From positions 44,995 through 108,994 of IMG/VR virus record IMGVR_UViG_2830247124_000001: a stretch of 64,000 nucleotides of DNA; one strand, written 5' to 3'. Below are positions 1-9,243 of the stretch, in pieces. The stretch comes from a virus (Duplodnaviria; Caudoviricetes). Position numbers and translations under genes: made by a program. The notes below the pieces were generated by a model. That model searched no databases and had not been told where the DNA came from. It was given only the letters and a program-made list of their open reading frames with translations. Each line of letters opens with the position of its first letter. The first letter of the stretch is position 1.

Positions 1-1
1 A

Positions 2-139
2 GAACCCCAAGATCCAGTCAGTTGGGCCCGGATAGAAAAACCAAATTACCACACGAAGATCACCCTGATTAAAGAGATCCGGGCAGAGTTCGACATGAAG
101 ATCAAAGAGGCCAAGTCTGTGGCCGACAAAGTTTGGTAG
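2..139 (+). CDS. Partial CDS (C-terminus) with a ribosomal protein bL12 (L7/L12) C-terminal-domain-like motif
   Basis: Frame 2 reads ...NYHTKITLIKEIRAEFDMKIKEAKSVADKVW* (TAG 137-139), resembling the bL12 CTD pattern KIxxIKxxRxxxxxxLKEAKxxVE. Truncated by the window edge. Confidence 0.45.
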   Translation, partial: EPQDPVSWARIEKPNYHTKITLIKEIRAEFDMKIKEAKSVADKVW

Positions 140-143
140 AGAT

Positions 144-476
144 ATGGCACGTACGTGGCGCGATATTCCGAATAGTCCGTACCGGCAGCACAAATTTTTG
201 GGGCGGGCTGCGCTTCAAGAAAAAAAGCAGGCGGACTACACAAAAAAAGTGCGGGACAAGGATAACAAAGGAATGCACCGGTCCCCGCCCAAAGGGTGGC
301 GAAATGACCACCAGCGCCGGTTCCGGTCCAACGCAAACGACCAGCTTCGGAAAATCGAGCAGGCGTACTGGAAAAACCCGACCAAGTACATCGGGAAATC
401 TGCTTTCTCAATTATGGGGATGGAGGTAGACGTCGTTCTTCCCCTTCCGAAGGAATACAAACCCTACTACTGGTAA
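144..476 (+). CDS. Hypothetical protein (basic)
   Basis: ATG lies 4 nt after the upstream stop; fits the co-directional gene tiling. Confidence 0.6.
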   Translation: MARTWRDIPNSPYRQHKFLGRAALQEKKQADYTKKVRDKDNKGMHRSPPKGWRNDHQRRFRSNANDQLRKIEQAYWKNPTKYIGKSAFSIMGMEVDVVLPLPKEYKPYYW

Positions 477-480
477 ACCC

Positions 481-660
481 ATGCAGAGAGACGTCACGCA
501 CAAAGGCACGTTTACGGTCGAGTCCACCAAAAAAGAGGGTGGGCACGAAGAGACCTACATCTACCACCGTGGCCGCCTGATACACAAGCGGTGGCGTCCG
601 GAGAGCGGAAAGAGCTACAGCCGCACGTTCCCGAAGTACGGCTCCGGGTTCAATAGCTAA
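481..660 (+). CDS. Small hypothetical protein (59 aa, not in the ORF track)
   Basis: ATG 481 to TAA 658-660 gives MQRDVTHKGTFTVESTKKEGGHEETYIYHRGRLIHKRWRPESGKSYSRTFPKYGSGFNS; fills the gap between neighbours. Confidence 0.6.
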   Translation: MQRDVTHKGTFTVESTKKEGGHEETYIYHRGRLIHKRWRPESGKSYSRTFPKYGSGFNS

Positions 661-710
661 CACGAAAGCTGGTTTGTGCTACACATCCAGCAAAATCTGT
701 TACACAAGCA

Positions 711-1511
711 ATGAGCCTACCCAACGTCACTTCCCTTGCCAAGCGTCTCGGATTCGCGGCGGCCCTGATTCTTCTGGGGGCCCTCGCGTTTGCACTCGTC
801 CCGATTACGTGGTCTACGTTCGCCGGTGCCTTGTTTAAGGTATCGATTTGCGTGGCCCTGTGGATCGGGTTTGACGAGGTCTTCCTGGACGAGTTCAACA
901 CCGCTGAGGAACTCAAGGGGAGTCCTCTTGCGATTTCGATTACCCTCCTGGCCCTGTCAATCCTTCTGGCCCCGGCCATTGCCTCGGCCCAAAAAACGTG
1001 CCCCTCCCCGGATGGCACCCGGACAGAGCTACCCCAGACAGAGCTACACGAGGTGGCCGCCGAGCACGTCGGTGTTACAGAGACGCCCCCTGGTTCGAAT
1101 AAGGGCCGGGAGGTTGAGATGTACATGGAGACTGTTGGGCTCGGCCAAGGGGGATACCCCTGGTGTGCCGGGTTCGTTCACTACGTCATGTTGGAGGCAG
1201 GCGTCGATCCGCCGGTCCGCAGCGCAGGGGCGACAGACTACATTACCGAAGAGTCTATTTCTGCAAAGAAGGTCATCAGAGGAGAAGCCGAGGTACCAAC
1301 CAATTCGCTTGCCGTGTACCGCCGGGGCAACTCCTGGAAAGGTCACATCGGCATTGTACGGGAGTGGGACGGGCACTGTGGGCGCACGGTCTCGGGAAAC
1401 ACCTCCTCTGGAAGCGGCAGCCAAAGAGAAGGAGACGGGGTTTACGAGAAAGCCCGGTGCGTCAACTATGGCAACTACTTCCGGATCGTGGAATTCACCC
1501 CCACCGAATAG
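711..1511 (+). CDS. Membrane-anchored CHAP-like peptidoglycan hydrolase (endolysin candidate)
   Basis: About three N-terminal hydrophobic segments, then GVTETPPGSNKG, YPWCAGFV (Cys), GHIGIV (His) and VSGNT motifs. Confidence 0.75.
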   Translation: MSLPNVTSLAKRLGFAAALILLGALAFALVPITWSTFAGALFKVSICVALWIGFDEVFLDEFNTAEELKGSPLAISITLLALSILLAPAIASAQKTCPSPDGTRTELPQTELHEVAAEHVGVTETPPGSNKGREVEMYMETVGLGQGGYPWCAGFVHYVMLEAGVDPPVRSAGATDYITEESISAKKVIRGEAEVPTNSLAVYRRGNSWKGHIGIVREWDGHCGRTVSGNTSSGSGSQREGDGVYEKARCVNYGNYFRIVEFTPTE

Positions 1512-1525
1512 CTATGCTATCTCTC

Positions 1526-1541
1526 TCACATAATTATTTGA
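1526..1541. promoter_or_regulatory. 16-bp palindromic motif, copy 1 (TCACATAATTATTTGA)
   Basis: One mismatch to TCAAATAATTATTTGA; intergenic. Confidence 0.7.
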
Positions 1542-1574
1542 ATCCGCCCTACGGGGCACACATGATACTTTCGC

Positions 1575-2186
1575 ATGAGAAACTTCAAAAACATCGAAAA
1601 CGAAAAGCGCCGCCGGTACACCTACGACGTCGATGAGGTGTCCAAGCGTGTAGTGGTCATTCAGAACCCGACTGCGCTTCACGTCAAGGACTCGGGGGCC
1701 CACGTCATTTTAGCTCAAGGGCCGTTTGGCAACTTTACCGAGAAGATAATTGAGCCGGGGTGGGAAAACCAGGACATCGTGTTCAAGGAGGACACCATTC
1801 AGGCGAAGGCCAAATACCCGTTTGAAGAGACCCGCAGCGTTGAAAAGGTTGACAGACTTGACAGAGTTGACGCGAGTGGCGGGGTTGGGCTTGGCGTTGT
1901 TGGTTCGGGTGCCGGGATTGGAAGCGTTGCTTCGGCTGCCGCAGACAAAACTGCGAGGGACGTGATGGACCAAGGGATGGACGAGGACACCTCCATCACC
2001 GAGCTTCCCTGCCTTGAGCACGAAGCGGATGAGGTACCCCCGGAAGACGTGTGCGGCTTCTACCCCTCTTGCGGGTGCAGCACCACCATCAAGAGTTGCT
2101 GCCAAGACCACCCCGTGGAAAACGGCGGTGACGGCGGCGAAGGAGAGCCCCCGAATCCAGACTTTTCAGAGACCCCTCAGTTTTGA
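1575..2186 (+). CDS. Hypothetical protein with acidic, Cys-containing C-terminus
   Basis: 203-aa ORF in the gene tiling; stop abuts the next start. Confidence 0.7.
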   Translation: MRNFKNIENEKRRRYTYDVDEVSKRVVVIQNPTALHVKDSGAHVILAQGPFGNFTEKIIEPGWENQDIVFKEDTIQAKAKYPFEETRSVEKVDRLDRVDASGGVGLGVVGSGAGIGSVASAAADKTARDVMDQGMDEDTSITELPCLEHEADEVPPEDVCGFYPSCGCSTTIKSCCQDHPVENGGDGGEGEPPNPDFSETPQF

Positions 2187-2623
2187 TGCAACGCTCCCTC
2201 CTCCCATTTACCGGCACGACGGAGTACACCATTGTGGTGGCCGGGTCTCGGACAATTGAGGACCCGGAGGTTACGTACGCGGCCATCGAGCGGTCTGGGT
2301 ATCCTATCTCTGAGGTCGTTTCTGGAACCGCACATGGACCAGACACACACGGAGAAAACTGGGCGATAATGAACGACATCCCGGTAAAGAGAATGAGCGC
2401 TGACTGGGAGTCGAAAGGAAAGAAGGCCGGTATGCTTCGCAACAAGAAAATGGCCGCGTACGCAGACGGAGTTGTTGCGGTGTGGGACGGGGAAAGCGCA
2501 GGCACGAAACAGATGATCGATCACGCTCACGACCAGAAGATGCCGGTTTTCGTTTCTATCCTGGGCGGGGGTGACTACCAAAACCGGTACTACGATCTGT
2601 CACTGAACAAAATTCCCACCTAA
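2183..2623 (+). CDS. SLOG-superfamily protein (DUF2493/YspA-like)
   Basis: Motifs IVVAGSR, VVSGTAHGPD, ADWESKGKKAGMLRNKKM and VAVWDGESAGTKQMI. Confidence 0.8.
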   Translation: MMQRSLLPFTGTTEYTIVVAGSRTIEDPEVTYAAIERSGYPISEVVSGTAHGPDTHGENWAIMNDIPVKRMSADWESKGKKAGMLRNKKMAAYADGVVAVWDGESAGTKQMIDHAHDQKMPVFVSILGGGDYQNRYYDLSLNKIPT

Positions 2624-2639
2624 CCCTGACTGTGCAATA

Positions 2640-3044
2640 ATGGAATTCCCACCCCCAAAAGTTGACGTGTACCGCAACCTCAAGACCGGCGGGTTTTCAA
2701 TCCGGTCCCGAGACCCGGACCACTTCGATGGGGCCTATGGCCGTGTCGTCGCCCACTGCAAGCAAGCACTGGTCGGGGATGTAGAGTTTGTGGTACAGCA
2801 AGGGGCGAGGGAGCGTGCAGTTGAAGAGGGCCAGAGGAGCGTACATGCGTTCGTTCGCGGCGTCCTGATTGGCAGCGGAGAACTCCCCTCCCTGTCTGAA
2901 AAGCAGGTGCGCCACTGGAATGAGGTTACGTACAATCCGTTCGAGCAATCTGACTTTGTGATGGTGGGGTCCGAAGAGCCTGTCTTTACTGCTCCCCTGG
3001 CGCTTCTGGGGCAGGAGACGGCCTGGATTCCCGACAGTGTTTGA
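2640..3044 (+). CDS. Conserved phage hypothetical protein
   Basis: VYRNL, GRVVAH, VHAFVRG and VTYNPF pattern, which I recognise from phage hypothetical proteins. Confidence 0.7.
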   Translation: MEFPPPKVDVYRNLKTGGFSIRSRDPDHFDGAYGRVVAHCKQALVGDVEFVVQQGARERAVEEGQRSVHAFVRGVLIGSGELPSLSEKQVRHWNEVTYNPFEQSDFVMVGSEEPVFTAPLALLGQETAWIPDSV

Positions 3045-3130
3045 ATTCAGGAAACATATTATACATACGCCAGTAAGAGTCTGTGTATCAAACCCCGATA
3101 TTTTTCGGGGTGTTGATCTATATACCCCTA

Positions 3131-3973
3131 ATGTCTCAAAAACGGAAAAGCACCGTCCGGTCGAAGTTCAAGAAGTGGCTGGCTATTCCGAAGGGCAAGA
3201 GGGAGGGGAAGACCGGCATTTCTACCCAAACGGAGTTTGCCGAGAAGATGGGGGTAGCGAAAGCGACCCTGTCCCGGTGGAAGAAGGAACCGGGGTTCAT
3301 GAACGGGGTCGAGCATACTCGCCGTCTGCACCTGGACGAGGCCCTGTCCGACGTTTACGAGTCGATGATCCAACGGGCCAAGGAAGGAGACCCCCAGGCC
3401 ATGAAGATGGTCATGGAGCAGGCCGGTCGTTGGAAAGAAGACATCCAAGAGGATACCGACGTGTCGGAGGATGACCTGGAGGGGTCCTCCAACGAGAAGC
3501 TGGCCGGGATGATGGCGTCTATGCTGTCCGGGGCGGCTGGAGAAGGAGAGTCTGTGTTGCAGGCCCGCATTCTGAAGTCCCTTGGAGACGACGTCCCCAA
3601 CGACTTGAAAAGGCAGATCAGAGAAGAAAGCCAGAGCGGGGAGCCGGTTTCCAGCAGTGGGCAAACCGAAGGGGAGGACGACGAAGATGAGGCCGACGAC
3701 GAGGTGGAAACCGAGGAGGCTGGCCCCGAATCTGAGGAGGACGGACCTAAAAACGGCCAGTCTGACCAGGATGAGGAAGTTGCAGATCAGAACGAGGAAG
3801 TTGAAGAAGAGGGCGAAGAGTTCGAGCTAGAGAACCACCTGATGGAGGGCATGGACGAGGGTGGTAGCGACACGTTTGACCCCACCGAGGAAGTTGGAGG
3901 TCAGGAGAAAGAAGAGGATGACCTCGAAGACCTGGACACGACCGAAGACTTTGAAATCCCACTCGACTGGTAA
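3131..3973 (+). CDS. Terminase small subunit (HTH) with long acidic tail
   Basis: HTH TQTEFAEKMGVAKATLSRWKK and AKEGDPQAMK; directly upstream of the large terminase. ATG 3131 preferred over the GTG at 3083. Confidence 0.75.
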   Translation: MSQKRKSTVRSKFKKWLAIPKGKREGKTGISTQTEFAEKMGVAKATLSRWKKEPGFMNGVEHTRRLHLDEALSDVYESMIQRAKEGDPQAMKMVMEQAGRWKEDIQEDTDVSEDDLEGSSNEKLAGMMASMLSGAAGEGESVLQARILKSLGDDVPNDLKRQIREESQSGEPVSSSGQTEGEDDEDEADDEVETEEAGPESEEDGPKNGQSDQDEEVADQNEEVEEEGEEFELENHLMEGMDEGGSDTFDPTEEVGGQEKEEDDLEDLDTTEDFEIPLDW

Positions 3974-4025
3974 CCACCCACCGACCCAATCACCGGCACT
4001 TGCCGGGGCTCCCGAGCCATGGTAA

Positions 4026-6908
4026 ATGTCAAAGCTCACCGGCTCTAAGTACCAACCCGACACCAAGAAGCTGAAGAAGCTCCAGCGGGAGCTTGCTCGG
4101 CGGAAGAAGATGGTGTACTACCGGAAAAACCCCGGTCGGTGGCTCATCGACAAGCTGGGGTTCAGTCCCGAGTCCCTGAAGTGGAGCCTCTACGACGAGT
4201 ACGAGGGCCACAACTGGGACGACAAGGACCCAAATCTGATAACCCCCAACCCCCTCCTTCGTGCGCTCAACGCTCTTGCGAAGGGTAAGGACGTGGGGAT
4301 CGAAGCAGCTACTGGAACTGGAAAAGCTCAAAGCATGGACACACCAATACTGACACCATCCGGTTGGACTAAAATGAGAGAGATCGAGGTGGGAGATCCT
4401 GTGGTCGGATCCGACGGAACGGCGACAGAGGTCACCGGGGTGTATCCACAAGGCGTAAGAGACCAGTATCGTGTCGAGTTTGATGACGGTTCGTCCACAA
4501 CCTGTGACCCGGAGCATCTGTGGACGGTTCAGTCAGTGGACGACAGAACCCGTGGAAAGCACAGGGTGAAGACAGCCGCACAACTGAAGCATGAACTGGA
4601 GACTGGTAAAGATGGCCGGGGGTGGTGGATACCCATGGTCGATCCGGTTGAGCATCCTGAGAAAGACTTGCCCCTAGATCCATACGTGTTGGGAGTTCTT
4701 CTCGGAGATGGAGGACTAACTTCGGGATCGCCTATTCTAAGCACAGATGACCAATATATCGTAGATGAAGTGAACTCAAGAATACCGTCAGAGATCACAG
4801 TCAAACACAGATCCAATTACGATTATGGAATAGTTAGGAAGGGGGGTCGTGATAATGGTGGTATCACAAACCCGGTCACGAAAGCCTTAAGAGAACTTTC
4901 GTTGATGGGACTAAAGAGTGGCGAGAAGTTTATTCCAGAGACCTACCTAACTGCTTCTATAAGTCAGAGGGTTGCTTTACTAAACGGGTTGATGGACACA
5001 GACGCTTGGTGTCAGCAAGACGGAACTTCCTTCATCTACAGTACAGTCTCCGAAGATTTGGTTGATGGCGTTCGCAAATTGACGCAATCCCTGGGCGGTA
5101 CGGTAGGTGTTTCAAATAGAGAAGGTGGTGAGAACGCTCAGAAGTCTTATCGTGTGAGCGTTAGATTGCCAAACCATATCAATCCCTTCCTTCTGCCTCG
5201 GAAGGCGGACATGGTCAAAGACCGGAGCTATGGCAAGCCGAAAAGAAAAATAGTTTCAATCGAGCATGTGGGTCGAGCAGAAGCCCAGTGCATTAGAGTC
5301 TCTGCTGAAGACTCGTTGTACGTGACAGAAGACTACATTGTGACTCACAATACGTTCATGAGCGCGGCCATCGCCTTGTGGTTCGTGGACTGCTGGCCTA
5401 AGATAACAGACGGGGACAGCGGAGAGGTATTGGACCCAGGGGGGTTGGTTACCACGGTGGCTACGAAGCAGGACCAACTCAGGGAGGTCCTCTGGAAGGA
5501 GATCGGAAACTTCCGCCCGCAGTTCGACCAGATCCACCCCCAGGCCGAATGGCTGGACCTGAAGATACGGATGTCCCCAGACGCGGAGGCAGGGTCGAAA
5601 GAGGGGTGGGGCATTTCGGGGCTCACCGCATCGGTGGGTTCCAACGAGAAGGTCTCGACCAAATTCAGTGGGATACACGGGCCCCACATGCTGTTCATCA
5701 TGGACGAGGCTACCGGCATCTCCCCCGCGATTCTGGAGGCGATTGAAAACACCTGCACCGGTAACCACAACCTCCGGTTGGCCCTGGGTAACCCCCGGTC
5801 TCAAAACGACCCCCTCCACCAGTTTTGCTTGCAGGACGACGTGGAGCACATCCGGGTCTCTGCGCTGGACCACCCCAACGTCGTGCTCGGGGAAGAGGTC
5901 ATCCCAGGAGCCGTCACGCGGCGCTCTATCCGGCGCAGGATGAAGAAGTACAAGGACCCGAACCACCGCATTATCCTCTCCAGGGTCCACGGAGTAAGCC
6001 CCAGCACGTCGGGAATGACCCTGTTCCCGGACGACGCGATTCACAACACAAAACCCCACGCCCACAAGGGCCCAATCAAGCACCTCCGGGTGCGGCCACC
6101 TGGGGAGGGAGACCTCCGGATCTACCGCAAACCCAAGCACGACAAGCTCGACAGGTACGTCATCTTTGCGGACGTCGCCGGTGACCGGTCGAAGACGGGG
6201 GACTACCACGCCGCTGTTGTTCTGGACCGGGAGACCAGAGAGATCGCGGCGGTCCTGCACATGCGCGGGCCCCGCACAAATTACATTGGAGAGCTTATGA
6301 AGCTGGCAGACGTCTACACGATCAAGTACGGCAAAACCGGAAACCGGGTGTACGACGAGGAGAGCAACCGTTTCGTCCCGGAGAAGAAAGACTTCATGCC
6401 CCTTCTAGCGTATGAGCGCAGCGGGGTCGGGGGGCTTCACATGGACACCCGCATCGAAGAGTACGAGAACGTCTACCACCAGAGAAAGACTGACACGCAG
6501 GAGGATGCCAACGAGCGAAGCACGATTGGGTGGGACACCAACCGGCAGACGCGCCCGGACATGATCGACGCGCTGGAGGAGTGGGGTCTTGAGCTTATCG
6601 ACAACCCCGACCGGCTCACCGACAAGACCCTCTGGAATGAGGCCCGGACTTTCACCTTCGACGAGAACGACGGGAAGAAAGGAAAATGGAAAGCCGAGCA
6701 GGGGTGTCACGATGACGTCATCATGGCCACAGCCGGTGCCCTGGTGGTGGACAGCATCACCAGAGGACACATGGCCGACACCTCAACCTTCGAAGACACC
6801 ACCAGCGAAGAGAAGAGCCCAGTTGCCCAGCGTTTCGAGCGGCAGGCCGAGCAGAACGACGGGGGTTGGAACACCGACCTTCCCTCCATTGGCGGGGACC
6901 TTCCATAA
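4026..6908 (+). CDS. terL: Terminase large subunit, intein-containing
   Basis: Walker A AATGTGK/T split by an intein, Walker B FIMDEA, coupling motif LGNP, nuclease motifs FADVAG and HDDVIMA. Confidence 0.93.
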   Translation: MSKLTGSKYQPDTKKLKKLQRELARRKKMVYYRKNPGRWLIDKLGFSPESLKWSLYDEYEGHNWDDKDPNLITPNPLLRALNALAKGKDVGIEAATGTGKAQSMDTPILTPSGWTKMREIEVGDPVVGSDGTATEVTGVYPQGVRDQYRVEFDDGSSTTCDPEHLWTVQSVDDRTRGKHRVKTAAQLKHELETGKDGRGWWIPMVDPVEHPEKDLPLDPYVLGVLLGDGGLTSGSPILSTDDQYIVDEVNSRIPSEITVKHRSNYDYGIVRKGGRDNGGITNPVTKALRELSLMGLKSGEKFIPETYLTASISQRVALLNGLMDTDAWCQQDGTSFIYSTVSEDLVDGVRKLTQSLGGTVGVSNREGGENAQKSYRVSVRLPNHINPFLLPRKADMVKDRSYGKPKRKIVSIEHVGRAEAQCIRVSAEDSLYVTEDYIVTHNTFMSAAIALWFVDCWPKITDGDSGEVLDPGGLVTTVATKQDQLREVLWKEIGNFRPQFDQIHPQAEWLDLKIRMSPDAEAGSKEGWGISGLTASVGSNEKVSTKFSGIHGPHMLFIMDEATGISPAILEAIENTCTGNHNLRLALGNPRSQNDPLHQFCLQDDVEHIRVSALDHPNVVLGEEVIPGAVTRRSIRRRMKKYKDPNHRIILSRVHGVSPSTSGMTLFPDDAIHNTKPHAHKGPIKHLRVRPPGEGDLRIYRKPKHDKLDRYVIFADVAGDRSKTGDYHAAVVLDRETREIAAVLHMRGPRTNYIGELMKLADVYTIKYGKTGNRVYDEESNRFVPEKKDFMPLLAYERSGVGGLHMDTRIEEYENVYHQRKTDTQEDANERSTIGWDTNRQTRPDMIDALEEWGLELIDNPDRLTDKTLWNEARTFTFDENDGKKGKWKAEQGCHDDVIMATAGALVVDSITRGHMADTSTFEDTTSEEKSPVAQRFERQAEQNDGGWNTDLPSIGGDLP
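4326..5351 (+). mobile_element. Class 3 intein with LAGLIDADG homing endonuclease (342 aa)
   Basis: Starts AQSMDTPILTPSGW (Ala1); block B CDPEHLW; endonuclease motifs LGVLLGDG and LNGLMDTDA; block F AQCIRV; ends VTHN before Thr+1; visibly more AT-rich than the exteins. Confidence 0.92.
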
Positions 6909-6922
6909 CGCTCTTGCTGAAC

Positions 6923-6938
6923 TCAAATAATTATTTGA
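6923..6938. promoter_or_regulatory. 16-bp palindromic motif, copy 2 (perfect)
   Basis: TCAAATAATTATTTGA between terL and portal. Confidence 0.75.
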
Positions 6939-6974
6939 TTCTGCCTCGCTTGCGGGGCTTATTTCACGTTCTAT

Positions 6975-9158
6975 ATGCCTTACGACGCACAAGATTATGC
7001 CCTTCTGGACACGTTTCCGAGCCAGATCGAATCGGATGCGGATCTGGTCCAGAACCGCATGAAGGCTCTAACACAAGACCTTCAGTGGAGAGAAGAGCAC
7101 ACCGACATGGACCGGTGTGCGGAGCTATACCACGGAAACGATGATGGTGAAGAGCAGGACGGCATTCCCCGCGTGAACAAGATCCAATCAGCGGTTGATG
7201 AGCACGTCAGCGTGGCCCTCCAGAACGTGCCGAAGGTCGAGATGAAGGCCGTAAGGGAGACGGCGCGGTTCGAGAACCCCCTGAAGCAAGCGGTCATCAA
7301 GCGGGCGGTTGAGGATTCGGAGCAGACGATCAACGCGATGATGCGGGAAATCTTTCGCAGCAACGGGTTCCGCGACGAATACGAGAAGGCCCTGCGGCAG
7401 GCAGGAATCTACGGGGTGGGGTACCTAGTCACCGACCTCGACCAGACAATGGACGTCCGCGAGGACTCTCGTCTCCGGAAGCTGATGAAAAAGCCGATGG
7501 ACCAGTGGACAAAGCGGGACGCGGAGCTTTACCGGGTACTGTCCCAGCGGGTGAGCATCTACCAAGCAGACGCCCGTGACGTCGTGTTTGAGCACGGCCA
7601 CCGGTCCTACGGCGATGGGGACATCCTGCGGGCCTCTGTCATAGAGCGTGCCTCTACCCATGCCCTACGCACGAAGTACCAGAACCAAGACATCAAACCC
7701 GGCACCTTTCCCTACTACGTCGAAGAGGACCCGAGTGCAGATGGTGACATTACCGCCATTGTCACTACCTGGGAACTGGAGCCTGTCTTTGTCGAGAAGA
7801 CCATCGAGCGCGGCGGGGAGGAGATCACCACGGAGTTTACGACCTGGAAGATGGTCAAGACGCGGATCGCCGGTGGACAGCTTGTAGAGAAGGACGTGTC
7901 GGATCCGTTCGAGTCGCGGGCCCGCCTTCCGGTCGTGCCGGTCTACCTGCGCGAAAGCGAGGACCATCCCTACGGCGACGCGCTCCCGCTTCGAAAAGAG
8001 CAGAGCGAGCGGTTCATTAACCTCATGAGAGTCATCATGTACAAGAGCGCCAAGAACAGCGTCTCCAACCAGGGGGCCCTGGTGGACACCACCAAGCTCT
8101 CCCCCGACGACCGGCAGCGGGTGGAGCGCGTGTTCGATCAAGGCGGGGCGGCGGCCCTGGATAACATCCCCCAGAACTCCAGTCTGGAGGACATTGTCAT
8201 GCCGCTGAAGATGAACTCCAGCCTGTCGAGCGCACCGGTCGAGGCGATGCAGAACGAGGAGCGCAGCTTTCAGGAAGACACCAATACTCTGGACATGCAG
8301 GCCCTCAACCGGTCGGAGTCCGGTGCAGCGAAGCGGGCCCAGGTCCAGGCGTCGGACCGCACCAAGAGCGTAGCGAACCACAACATCAAGGTCTCCAAGA
8401 AGCGGGTCTACGACAACGTCTACGAGCTTGTCCAACTGACCTATGGAGACGAGGAGCTTCCGGCCATGGTCCGGTCCCCGGACGGCGGGCGCAACCAGAC
8501 CAGTCTCAACCAAGAGGCAGAGGCCGAGGTCCCGAAGGTGTCCTCCGACGGAAAAACCCTTGCCTCCCCCGAGCGGATGAGCAAAAAGAACCCCCTGGGT
8601 ATCATCAAGGAGAGCTTCAAGTTCAAGATCAACGACGCAACCCTTCCGATGGCCGCTGAGACGAAGGCCGGTGGTGACCTCCCCGGCGACCCGGTCAACC
8701 GGTTCAACCTGCTTCTGATGTACCTCCAGAGTGGGCTCATCACCAAGGAGTACATGCGGGAGCTTCAGTTATCGGACGAACTGAAGATTGGGGACGATGC
8801 CTACCGTACCCAGGCGAAGCAGCGCCAGAAGGCCCTACAGCGAAAAAAGAAGCAGCAGATGGCCGCCCAGCAAGCCGCCGCCTCTGGCAACCAGGAGGCC
8901 GCCGGTCGGATTGCCAGCCAGCAGATACCGGGAGAAGGGCAGCCCGGAGACCCGGCCACAGAAGGCCGTCAGCAAGGCCCTACTCCCCAACCGCAAGGAC
9001 AGAACGTACCGGGGTCCGTAGGTGGTGAAGGGGACGGCGACGGCGGTGACCGGGCAGGAGAAGGTCTTCTTGCCCTGCAAAGCATGGAGGGAGCAAACGG
9101 ACCGGGCGCTGAATCTGGCGGACCGACTCCGCAAGAACAGGCCCGCGACCAGCGATAA
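6975..9158 (+). CDS. Portal protein (podovirus/P22-like, by size and position)
   Basis: 727 aa directly after terL; GIYGVGY, LPVVPVY...PYG and SESGAA motifs; Q-rich C-terminus. Confidence 0.8.
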   Translation: MPYDAQDYALLDTFPSQIESDADLVQNRMKALTQDLQWREEHTDMDRCAELYHGNDDGEEQDGIPRVNKIQSAVDEHVSVALQNVPKVEMKAVRETARFENPLKQAVIKRAVEDSEQTINAMMREIFRSNGFRDEYEKALRQAGIYGVGYLVTDLDQTMDVREDSRLRKLMKKPMDQWTKRDAELYRVLSQRVSIYQADARDVVFEHGHRSYGDGDILRASVIERASTHALRTKYQNQDIKPGTFPYYVEEDPSADGDITAIVTTWELEPVFVEKTIERGGEEITTEFTTWKMVKTRIAGGQLVEKDVSDPFESRARLPVVPVYLRESEDHPYGDALPLRKEQSERFINLMRVIMYKSAKNSVSNQGALVDTTKLSPDDRQRVERVFDQGGAAALDNIPQNSSLEDIVMPLKMNSSLSSAPVEAMQNEERSFQEDTNTLDMQALNRSESGAAKRAQVQASDRTKSVANHNIKVSKKRVYDNVYELVQLTYGDEELPAMVRSPDGGRNQTSLNQEAEAEVPKVSSDGKTLASPERMSKKNPLGIIKESFKFKINDATLPMAAETKAGGDLPGDPVNRFNLLLMYLQSGLITKEYMRELQLSDELKIGDDAYRTQAKQRQKALQRKKKQQMAAQQAAASGNQEAAGRIASQQIPGEGQPGDPATEGRQQGPTPQPQGQNVPGSVGGEGDGDGGDRAGEGLLALQSMEGANGPGAESGGPTPQEQARDQR

Positions 9159-9243
9159 TTGAATTCTCGAAACACTTTATGTAGTCATTGGTTTAACGTA
9201 TTGTATGACCCGTCAATAAGACGGGTTCAATTTCACATACACG

